Below are positions 8,089-15,472 of a DNA stretch of 18,284 nt, piece by piece. The stretch spans positions 1-18,284 of the forward strand of contig CBDURU010000072.1 in the NCBI GenBank assembly GCA_965369865.1. Direction: 5' to 3'. The notes under the pieces were generated by a model, which was not told where the DNA came from, ran no database searches, and saw nothing but the letters and a program-made list of their open reading frames with translations. The position numbers were made by a program, and so were the translations under genes. Origin of the DNA: an uncultured bacterium. GTDB taxonomy: Bacteria; JAJVIF01; JAPKYR01. Within the stretch, counting starts at the first letter, position 1. Each line of letters starts with the position of its first letter.

Positions 8089-8142
8089 TCATGCGCAGGA
8101 TGCACATGTTACTGAAGATCATGCGCAGAATGCACATGTTAC
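8089..8142 (-). repeat. two tandem 24-bp imperfect palindromes (30-bp period)
   Basis: TCATGCGCAGGATGCACATGTTAC (8089-8112) and TCATGCGCAGAATGCACATGTTAC (8119-8142), just upstream of the MBL start codon. Confidence 0.92.
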
Positions 8143-8361
8143 AGGTACAAGGCTACATGTCGTATCAAATTATTTGCACAAACGCAACTATTAATTAAAC
8201 TTAATGATTACAAATTATTGAACCTATTGTATTTATGAAAGGTCTCATCAGCAGGAACCTTAAAAGAATAGAAACCTCCTCACGATGTGGTAAAACATGG
8301 AGCGGACGATAAAGACATCGTCCGTTTCGTGATTTTAGCCTCCTCGACATTAAATCTCCTT

Positions 8362-8386
8362 GTAACCTGCGCAGAATGCACATGTT
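8362..8386. repeat. third local copy of the same palindromic repeat
   Basis: GTAACCTGCGCAGAATGCACATGTT shares TGCGCAGAATGCACATGTT with 8122-8140 and abuts the MITE-like left end. Confidence 0.85.
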
Positions 8387-8517
8387 GAGACCGGTGCAAA
8401 AGTACTGATCCACAAGAGGGCGCAGCAAGCAACGCCCCTACAAGCCTCTATTCATTAGGATCTTGACTGTAGGGGCGTTGCTTGCTGCGCCCAATTTCCC
8501 CTTTTGCAACGGTCTCA
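8386..8517. mobile_element. MITE-like element, 132 bp, with 17-bp terminal inverted repeats
   Basis: TGAGACCGGTGCAAAAG (8386-8402) versus CTTTTGCAACGGTCTCA (8501-8517), 16/17 complementary. The ends resemble IS5/IS1182-type termini. No credible internal gene and no clear target-site duplication. Confidence 0.65.
8418..8492. repeat. GTAG-family REP doublet (perfect 25-bp inverted repeat, 25-bp spacer)
   Basis: GGGCGCAGCAAGCAACGCCCCTACA (8418-8442) / TGTAGGGGCGTTGCTTGCTGCGCCC (8468-8492); each arm is GTAG plus a GGGCG...CGCCC hairpin. Confidence 0.9.
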
Positions 8518-8524
8518 TTTCACG

Positions 8525-9835
8525 TTAAAATGGGCCTGCGATGTCCGCATTGATCCATTCTATCTGGAGGGCTGTGATGTTGACAAAAATAAGGACAAGG
8601 ACCCATATCCAGTATAAAATCAGGGCTGCGAGAGGGGTTTTACCGTTGTGATTTTCGCGCCAGGTTTCGACGCCGGCGACCATGAGGATGAGAATCGGCA
8701 GGAATATGAAAAGTTTGAAGAAGAAAAACCATGGACCATAGAAGGTTTGGAATATCGTATAAACCGCCGCTGTCGACAACACTACCAGGATTACCCCCTT
8801 TATAAAATGATTCGACCGGGGGAACATAATTATGGTCCATAAAATTGTGATCGCAGGCGCGGTGACCGCCAGAAGTACACCGGTTTTATCGAGTTGAAGG
8901 TTACGATCGTCCGATGGGACCCATAAGTGGAGAAACCTGAGCATGTTCTGCAAAAATCCGCTCGCGATATTTTCCGCCCAGTAGGTTTTGCCGTGTGTGC
9001 CGTAATACACAAGCACCTGGAAGACATTCATGTTCCGGTAATCTTCCGGGTTTGGCCCCCACTTTGCGTAAGCCCAGGCTGCATAGCTGAGAATCAGTAA
9101 ATACGGGATCGCGACCGCAAGTGTTGAAACGATGCCCACTTTCAAGCCGGATACCAGGCGTTGTTTGAGTGGTGGATTTTCCTCACCTGCAAACCACAAT
9201 GCATGCGTTATCAGTGCGGAAATTGTGAATATCGAAATTTGATGAAACAAGCACGCGATGACGAAAGTTATTATGGAGGGGATATAATTTTTCAAACGTC
9301 CGGGATTTTCGGCTCTCCAGGGAAGATAGAGGTATGTCAGCCAGATCCAGATTAACGCTGGCATGTACTGGGCGCCATCGTTAGCGAAATGCATGAATGT
9401 GTAGGCAAACGCGCACGCTATCGCGGTCGGAAGCGCGAAGAGGGTGCCCGGGAAGAGCTTACGGAGAACAACATAGGTCAATGAAACATTTACCGCGCCA
9501 AGAAATCCGTTCAGAACCTGCATCCAGGTCAGGGGATCGAGCCTTTTCACATTGGTGAAGAGCCACTGTATCCAGTCCGCTCCGTGATAAGTAAATTTCA
9601 ACACGGGATAATAAATCAGGTGGTGGGGATGGCATCCGAGCCATGGTTGCCAGAGCACAAGCAGATCCCGGGATGTGGGAACGGTATCGACATGCTGCCA
9701 CGCGACAGGAAGGATTTCGTACCAGATAAGGGCGAGAATAAATAATACCCATGCAGTTAAAAGTTCCGTTCTTCCCGTTCGGATTCCGGCTTTGTCATTC
9801 CTGCCGGTCACATTATTTTTCTCCGGCTTACCCAT
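8525..9835 (-). CDS. polytopic membrane protein, possible GT-C / DUF2723-like glycosyltransferase
   Basis: About 10 hydrophobic segments. A loop after TM1 with HPHHLIYYP, then LNGFLGA, AFAYTFMHFA..G.QY and ACLFHQ, follows the motif order of GT-C-type enzymes. Starts 3 nt after the Smr stop codon. Confidence 0.6.
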   Translation of the reverse strand: MGKPEKNNVTGRNDKAGIRTGRTELLTAWVLFILALIWYEILPVAWQHVDTVPTSRDLLVLWQPWLGCHPHHLIYYPVLKFTYHGADWIQWLFTNVKRLDPLTWMQVLNGFLGAVNVSLTYVVLRKLFPGTLFALPTAIACAFAYTFMHFANDGAQYMPALIWIWLTYLYLPWRAENPGRLKNYIPSIITFVIACLFHQISIFTISALITHALWFAGEENPPLKQRLVSGLKVGIVSTLAVAIPYLLILSYAAWAYAKWGPNPEDYRNMNVFQVLVYYGTHGKTYWAENIASGFLQNMLRFLHLWVPSDDRNLQLDKTGVLLAVTAPAITILWTIIMFPRSNHFIKGVILVVLSTAAVYTIFQTFYGPWFFFFKLFIFLPILILMVAGVETWRENHNGKTPLAALILYWIWVLVLIFVNITALQIEWINADIAGPF

Positions 9836-9838
9836 TTT

Positions 9839-10150
9839 TTACCTGAAAATTACAACCGTGGCGCCGTCGCCGCCCTGGTACGGTTCCGCGGAATTAAAAT
9901 CCGCGACATATTTTAACTGCTCCAGTTTTGTGCGTACCCGGCGCCTTAAAGTCCCGGTACCGTCACCGTGTGTGCCCTTGCCATGGATAACCAGGACTTT
10001 TCTGAGCCCGTCCCTGTACGCCTGTTCGATAAAAGATTCCATTTCACCCAGGGCAATTTCCGGATGCAGATCGTGCAGATCTATGTCCGGGAGTAGTTCG
10101 CGCTCGAGTAGTTTTTTAGTTTGCGGTTTATTTCGGCGGCGTTTTTTCAT
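9839..10150 (-). CDS. stand-alone Smr (small MutS-related) domain protein
   Basis: IDLHDL...VLVIHGKGTHG.GTLRRRVR...GGDGATVV motifs. Confidence 0.93.
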   Translation of the reverse strand: MKKRRRNKPQTKKLLERELLPDIDLHDLHPEIALGEMESFIEQAYRDGLRKVLVIHGKGTHGDGTGTLRRRVRTKLEQLKYVADFNSAEPYQGGDGATVVIFR

Positions 10151-10160
10151 TTATGGAAGG

Positions 10161-10169
10161 ATTATAGCA
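10161..10169 (-). promoter_or_regulatory. extended -10 promoter (TGCTATAAT) of the Smr gene
   Basis: Perfect TGnTATAAT 10 bp upstream of the ATG; no SD in between. Confidence 0.65.
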
Positions 10170-10275
10170 TGATGGTGACAGAGGAGCCGTAATCGTTCTG
10201 CCAGGTAATGAACCCTCCCTCACGGGGCTGTTGATAAAGTACTAAATCCCGTAGCGCAGGACGCCGGCCTGCTTT

Positions 10276-10502
10276 AGGGGACATCTCTTTTCGCTCGCCT
10301 CCATCGGTGTAATATCGGGGACACGTGCTTTTTTCCCTAATCACCACTTAGCATGATTCAACAGGTTAACTGGAGAAAAAAGACATGTCCCCAGGATCGT
10401 CACTGTAAGGGGACACCTCTTTTCGCCCGCCTCCATCGGTGTAATATCGGGGACACGTGTAAGGGGACATCTCTTTTCGCTCGTCGAAAAGCAGGTGTCC
10501 CC
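10276..10502. repeat. GGGGACAC-family repeat cluster (two 52-bp direct copies, one 22-bp partial copy, inverted partners)
   Basis: 10276-10327 versus 10408-10459 are 50/52 identical; partial copy at 10462-10483; inverted pair 10317-10334/10376-10392; hairpin 10463-10502. Confidence 0.9.
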
Positions 10503-10504
10503 CC

Positions 10505-10670
10505 CAATGCAAAATATGTCCAATCAATTTTTGCTTATCTAAAATAACGACACTAAACGCGTGGCGTCGACAAGCTGAGTGAGACATCTCCATCCTGCAC
10601 ATCTCGAAAACCTTCGGGTCGAACGTGCTTGCCGACGTATATCAATGCTCAATACATCCAATCAAATTTT
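10505..10670. repeat. 28-bp imperfect direct repeats flanking a 110-bp structured segment
   Basis: CAATGCAAAATATGTCCAATCAATTTTT (10505-10532) versus CAATGCTCAATACATCCAATCAAATTTT (10643-10670), 23/28 identical. Confidence 0.7.
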
Positions 10671-10706
10671 TAAAACGGTTTTGCTCTGATACGGTAATTA
10701 CAAATT

Positions 10707-10736
10707 AAAAAAAAACGCCAGGGAGTGCCTGGCGTT
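10707..10736 (-). terminator. intrinsic terminator of the TolB-like gene
   Basis: AACGCCAGG/CCTGGCGTT stem with a 9-A run on the + strand (U-tract on the - strand), about 30 bp past the stop codon. Confidence 0.88.
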
Positions 10737-10767
10737 GAAAGTTACTGTCGGATTGTAATTTTTATAC

Positions 10768-11838
10768 TCAGGTTATTGTCGCAAAATCGTCGACCGCATC
10801 GTCGAAGGTCAGGCGTGTAAGGCCGGTGCCATCTCGATTTATCATGTAGATTTCATAATTCCCGTCGCGGTCGGACGTGAAGACGATCTTCTCTCCATCG
10901 GCCGATATGGTGGGATTGCCATCCCAGGCGGTATCGGTTGTCAGGTGCCATCGATCTCCGGACTCTAAATCGAGGAGCCAGATATCCGAGTTTCCTTCGG
11001 GCCTGCCATCATCATCTTCATCGTCACCATCTCCGTTCTCCTCGTCATCTTCGTCCTCAGTTTCGGGCCTGTCGAAAGGATCCGGTACGGTGTCGCCGGG
11101 TTGCATGCCCGGATATTTGTGACTGTCGGGATTCTTGTCTTCATCCCCGGACACTTCCAAATCTTCATCCTCGAGCTCTTCTTCTTCCGCGATGAACGTG
11201 TATACAAGCCATTTTTGATCGGCGGAGACGCTTGGGTGTTCTTCCCAGATCATGGCTTCGTTGGTCACTCTCTCCGCATCTCCCCCACGGCCGGGCGCCC
11301 GGAAGATGTAGGAATAGTTCCCGGTACGGCCCGTCCAGTACACCCAGTCGTCACCGTCACCCAGGGCAGGGGACTCATCCGGCTTGGGACTGTTGGAGAC
11401 GTTATACTGGAGATCAGCCTGGTCCATCGGGACTGTGATTATTTCAAGGCTTCCAGCTCTTAGCGATGTATACGCAGCGAATGTTCCGTCCCGGTTTATT
11501 GCCGGTTCGAATTCATCATAAATTTCGTTAAAGCTGAGCCTTGACTCCTCTCCGGCCTGCAGGATGTAGACATTCCAGAATGTGCCCCATTCGCTGGTCA
11601 CCGTGATTTTTGAGTAAAGGAGTATGGAACCATCTGCGGTGACCGATGGGTGCGAACATTCTCCTGTGGTGATTACTGTGACATTGTCGCCATCGATCCG
11701 GTAAATTTCCGTTTCGCCGGATCGATCTGACTCGAAGTAAACCGTGTAGGAATTACCCTGGGTCGGAGTTGTTCCGGTTAGAAGGAGAATTACTGCAAAG
11801 AATGCCAGGAGCGATGTTAGACGCATAAACCTGTTCAT
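10768..11838 (-). CDS. secreted TolB-like / PD40-repeat beta-propeller protein
   Basis: Signal peptide MNRFMRLTSLLAFFAVILLL; repeats FESDRSGETEIY, HPSVTADG and NPTISADGEKIVFTSDRDGNYEIY. Start moved to ATG 11838, which has GAGG 7 nt upstream. No TolB N-terminal domain or tol-pal context. Confidence 0.85.
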   Translation of the reverse strand: MNRFMRLTSLLAFFAVILLLTGTTPTQGNSYTVYFESDRSGETEIYRIDGDNVTVITTGECSHPSVTADGSILLYSKITVTSEWGTFWNVYILQAGEESRLSFNEIYDEFEPAINRDGTFAAYTSLRAGSLEIITVPMDQADLQYNVSNSPKPDESPALGDGDDWVYWTGRTGNYSYIFRAPGRGGDAERVTNEAMIWEEHPSVSADQKWLVYTFIAEEEELEDEDLEVSGDEDKNPDSHKYPGMQPGDTVPDPFDRPETEDEDDEENGDGDDEDDDGRPEGNSDIWLLDLESGDRWHLTTDTAWDGNPTISADGEKIVFTSDRDGNYEIYMINRDGTGLTRLTFDDAVDDFATIT

Positions 11839-11883
11839 AATTGAGCCTCTTGATGCGGTATTGAACTGCTGGTACAACGTAAA

Positions 11884-11911
11884 AGTATCATATCATAAAT
11901 TGAACGGTCAA
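11884..11911 (-). promoter_or_regulatory. sigma70-type promoter candidate for the TolB-like gene
   Basis: TTGACC-N16-GATACT, overlapping an alternative extended -10 TGATATGAT. Confidence 0.4.
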
Positions 11912-12018
11912 GCTGTTGGGTCGTCATATTATGTTTGATTTCGCGATGCCCTCCGCGAAGTGGTAAGATCAGAGAGTCATTTTTTGAAATATCCCACACA
12001 TTGATCATTGTAAATCGA

Positions 12019-13635
12019 ATGGACCGGAACAGACAGACATTCCATTCCTGGATCGCCGGATTGACAGCCGGACTGGTTTATTTTCTGACAAGCGCCCCGA
12101 CTATTACCTGGGTCCATAACAGCCAGGATTCCGGGGAACTCGCTTCTGTTGCCGCGACCCTCGGAATCGCTCATCCTACCGGGTACCCCCTGTATACATT
12201 ACTGGGCTGGGTAACAATCAAGCTTCTCGGCTGGCTCGATCCCGGTCGCGCGATGGTGCTCCTGTCTGTTGCTTGCGCTGCTGTCGCGATTGGCGTGATT
12301 GCCAGAACTGCATCCCTTGCGATCAGAATACTGTGGAATCGTGAGGTAATTTCAGAAACCCAGGCTGGATGGTTCGGATTTCTTGTAGCGATGAGCGTTA
12401 TGATTCACCCGATTGTATGGTCGCAGGCGGTTGTGTGCGAAGTATATGCCTTGGCATTTCTCCTGCAGACGATTGTCTGGTTTCTTTTAGTTAAATACCT
12501 GGTTTCCAGGAATGTCGGTAGTGGAAGTGAAAATGGCGGCGAATTCACCGCAATAGGTCTGATTACCGGATTGATACTGGCGCACCATGTCGCTGGTGTT
12601 TCGATAATATTGCCCGTCCTGTTGATTTTCATTTTTATACCACCGAAAAATGTCCGGAAAACGATAACCCGGTTTCTTTTTTCAATTATTCCTGGTCTGA
12701 TTTTTTACTTTTATTTACCAATCAGATCGATGACTAATCCGCGTCTCGATTGGGGCAACACGGAATCCTGGGGGAATTTCGTAAAGCATGTGACGGCTTT
12801 CCAGTACAGGGGCAATGTGTTTGGCGTTGATATGGGGGAATTTATCAGGCGGTTGACGAGCTCTCAGTTGGTCGATGGTTGGGGAATTCTGGTCCTGGTT
12901 CTCGCGATAGCAGGTTTACTGGTACTTTTAATTAATCGAAAAAGAAAACTGCTCCCGTTCTCGATTGGGATGGTTTTATTTTTAATATGGGTCTTGGTAT
13001 TTGCTTTAAGCTACAATGTATCGGATTACGAGGTTTTCACGTACCCGTTAATAGCTCCGATTGCACTACTAATTGTGACTGGAATCGCCAGTGTAGTAAT
13101 TCGGCTTGCACGCGTTAACAAGTTATTGCCCTGGGTATTTCTGGCAATTTTAATAATTTTTATCGGGTTCGATTCATACCAGAGATGGATTGAAATAGAC
13201 GCATCGAACCCGTTACGAAACGCGGCTGCAAATTTCGCTGCAAGGGAAATTCCCCTCCTTCCAGAGGACGCGATTGTAATAACAAATACCGATGGGCAAT
13301 TATTCTCCTTGATGTATGGGATAACTTGCGGTGTACCCGATCCGTTTTCAGGAGAAATTATCGGGCCACGGGACGACATCGATGTACTGACACCGTACTG
13401 GATCCTTACAAACTGGTTTTACGAAAATAATACCGGGTCGGACATTGAAGTCGAACTCTGGGATAGCACTGATTTCAATGATTTAGCCGGAGCGGTAAGG
13501 GATTTCATCGATTTGAACCTGCTGCACCTTCCGGTGTTTGTGGATGGCGGGGTTTTAACATTAATTCAGGTTGAAGGCGAAGAGTATAAATTTGAAAGGG
13601 AAACGGCTTTAATTCGGATTATTCCCGATCATTGA
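12019..13635 (+). CDS. DUF2723-domain membrane protein (TMEM260-like GT-C glycosyltransferase)
   Basis: Signature DSGELASVAATLGIAHPTGYPLYTLLG, WSQAVVCEVYAL, LAHH and YLPIRS...LDWG; multiple TM helices. Start taken at ATG 12019 rather than TTG 11935. Confidence 0.88.
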   Translation: MDRNRQTFHSWIAGLTAGLVYFLTSAPTITWVHNSQDSGELASVAATLGIAHPTGYPLYTLLGWVTIKLLGWLDPGRAMVLLSVACAAVAIGVIARTASLAIRILWNREVISETQAGWFGFLVAMSVMIHPIVWSQAVVCEVYALAFLLQTIVWFLLVKYLVSRNVGSGSENGGEFTAIGLITGLILAHHVAGVSIILPVLLIFIFIPPKNVRKTITRFLFSIIPGLIFYFYLPIRSMTNPRLDWGNTESWGNFVKHVTAFQYRGNVFGVDMGEFIRRLTSSQLVDGWGILVLVLAIAGLLVLLINRKRKLLPFSIGMVLFLIWVLVFALSYNVSDYEVFTYPLIAPIALLIVTGIASVVIRLARVNKLLPWVFLAILIIFIGFDSYQRWIEIDASNPLRNAAANFAAREIPLLPEDAIVITNTDGQLFSLMYGITCGVPDPFSGEIIGPRDDIDVLTPYWILTNWFYENNTGSDIEVELWDSTDFNDLAGAVRDFIDLNLLHLPVFVDGGVLTLIQVEGEEYKFERETALIRIIPDH

Positions 13636-13666
13636 TCCATTCCGCTTAACCCTCCGGTGCAAAACG

Positions 13667-13675
13667 TGTTAAAAT
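13667..13675 (+). promoter_or_regulatory. extended -10 promoter candidate (TGTTAAAAT)
   Basis: TGnTAAAAT about 50 bp upstream of the SBP start codon, in the intergenic gap. Confidence 0.45.
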
Positions 13676-13726
13676 CCCTTTCAAGCGTTTTTGGTTTCTT
13701 TAACTATCAAATCCCTGGAGAGAGAG

Positions 13727-15421
13727 ATGAATACTAAATCCCTTACCGCGATTTTGATGATTCTTGCGATTTTCGTTTTAGGATGCCCGCAAACCGAAGA
13801 GCCACAGCCGGGAGACACGTCCGAGCCGGATACGGGGGTTACAACCGGTGATGGTGAGGATGCTGGTGTCGATAATGGTGCAGAGCCTCAATTTGGTGGA
13901 ATTTATAAATTTCCGCTTGATACCGATCCCCCGACACTCGACCCGGCAAAGGTGACCGATACTGTCTCCGACAAGGTCATACGGTCGATTTTCGACGGCC
14001 TTGTAAAGATCAGCCCGGAAGGTGCCTACATTCCGGCGATTGCCGAACGCTGGGAAGCGAACGAGGACGGGACGGTCTGGACATTCTACATCAAGGAAAA
14101 TGTATATTTTCACAACGGCCGCCAGGTTAAAGCCGAAGATTTCGAGTATTCATTCCTGCGCGTGCTCAATCCGGAATTTGGAAGCCCGCGTACATGGGTG
14201 CTCGATAAGATCAAAGGCGCGAATGAATTCCTGGATGGTGACGCGCAGGGTGTTGAGGGAATCAGCGTACTCGGTGATTTTACCCTTCAAATTACACTCG
14301 AGAAGCCGTTCGCGCCGTTTCTCGGTTTAATGTCGATGTCATCCTCGTTTGTTGTGCCGAGGGAGGTCGCGGACGAATGGGGAGACCTTTTCGCAAGTGA
14401 GCCGAATGCTACGGTGGGAACCGGTCCGTTTATTCTAAGGACTTGGGAGCATAATAATTTCCTCCTGCTTGAAAGCAATCCGGAATATTTTGCCGGAAAA
14501 CCATATGTCGATGGACTGAGGTATTCGATAATCAAGGAACCGCTCGGTCGTCTGCAGGAATTCCGTGCGCAGAACCTCCACCATACGGATATCCCCTCCG
14601 ACCTTCTTCCCGATGTCATGGCCGATCCCGATGAAGCGGCTCTGATGGTCAGCCGTCCCTTGATGGATGTTTATAATCTCGGGTTCAACTGCGAAAAACC
14701 GCCGTTCAAAGATAATCCAACTTTACGACGCGCTTTCTGCCATGCGGTTAACCGGGAATTCCTGATCAATACAGTGTTGAGCGGTGTCGGCACTGAAGCG
14801 ACCAGCATTGTTCCGCTCGGGATTTTCGGATACGACGCCGGTTTAACGGGATATGAATATAATGAGGAGCTTGCCAAGGAGCTTCTTGCCGAGGCTGGAT
14901 ATCCCAACGGTGATGGCCTTCCGGAAATTACCCTCTGGTTCGACAACCGGCCGCCGCGTCCCGATATCTGCCAGTCCGTCCAGCAGGACTTTGCCCGTAT
15001 CGGCGTGAATATCGTACTCAAGCAGCTTGAATGGGACGCGTTCCTTTCGGCTGTGGATGTTGGCGAGCCGGCATTTTTTCAGCTTACATGGCTCGCGGAT
15101 TACCCGGACCCGGAAAATTTCCTGTGGGTTCTCCTGCACTCCGATCAGTGGGGCCCTCCCGGAAATGGGACCCGTTATAAAAACGATGAGTTCGATCGTC
15201 TTATCGACGAGGCCGGAGTTATTACCGACCAGGCACGTCGATGGGAACTTTACGCCGAGGCTGAGCGAATCGCGTTCAAGGACGCTCCATGGCTCCTGCT
15301 GTTCTGGAATGAATGCACGATTTTAGTGGCTCCCGAAGTTCAGGATCTGGGCATAACCGCACTCGATCGTCCACCCGTACTTCCAAGCGTTGAGATCGAG
15401 CATGTCTGGTTTTCCGAATAA
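13727..15421 (+). CDS. ABC transporter substrate-binding lipoprotein, family 5 (OppA/DppA-like)
   Basis: Lipobox VLGC after a hydrophobic leader; TLDPA, IFDGLV, WTFYIKENVYFHNG, VGTGPF and WLADYPDPENFL motifs; GGAG RBS before ATG 13727. Confidence 0.93.
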   Translation: MNTKSLTAILMILAIFVLGCPQTEEPQPGDTSEPDTGVTTGDGEDAGVDNGAEPQFGGIYKFPLDTDPPTLDPAKVTDTVSDKVIRSIFDGLVKISPEGAYIPAIAERWEANEDGTVWTFYIKENVYFHNGRQVKAEDFEYSFLRVLNPEFGSPRTWVLDKIKGANEFLDGDAQGVEGISVLGDFTLQITLEKPFAPFLGLMSMSSSFVVPREVADEWGDLFASEPNATVGTGPFILRTWEHNNFLLLESNPEYFAGKPYVDGLRYSIIKEPLGRLQEFRAQNLHHTDIPSDLLPDVMADPDEAALMVSRPLMDVYNLGFNCEKPPFKDNPTLRRAFCHAVNREFLINTVLSGVGTEATSIVPLGIFGYDAGLTGYEYNEELAKELLAEAGYPNGDGLPEITLWFDNRPPRPDICQSVQQDFARIGVNIVLKQLEWDAFLSAVDVGEPAFFQLTWLADYPDPENFLWVLLHSDQWGPPGNGTRYKNDEFDRLIDEAGVITDQARRWELYAEAERIAFKDAPWLLLFWNECTILVAPEVQDLGITALDRPPVLPSVEIEHVWFSE

Positions 15422-15472
15422 TTATTAGTGTCTCGTGTTTTGCATGTGTAAATCAAATTCAAGGATTCTCCG

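Noticed and set aside
8089..8142. mini-CRISPR from the 24-bp repeats
   Set aside because: Only 6 bp between copies, and other copies are dispersed in both orientations.
10276..10502. CRISPR array
   Set aside because: Units are 52 bp, irregularly spaced, lack unique equal-length spacers and include inverted copies; no cas genes in the window.
10508..10523. sigma54 promoter (TGGACATATTTTGCA on the - strand)
   Set aside because: GG-to-GC spacing is 9 nt rather than the required 10.
10162..10602. short ORFs sharing TCPRYYTDGG peptides
   Set aside because: The shared peptides simply translate the DNA repeats; no RBS or protein features.
10768..11838. bona fide tolB
   Set aside because: Lacks the TolB N-terminal domain and tolQRA/pal neighbours, so no gene symbol is given.
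11935..12018. upstream TTG-start extensions in the ORF track (also 13691-13726 and 11839-11877)
   Set aside because: Downstream ATGs place the signal peptide or first TM helix at the N-terminus, and two of the three have an RBS.
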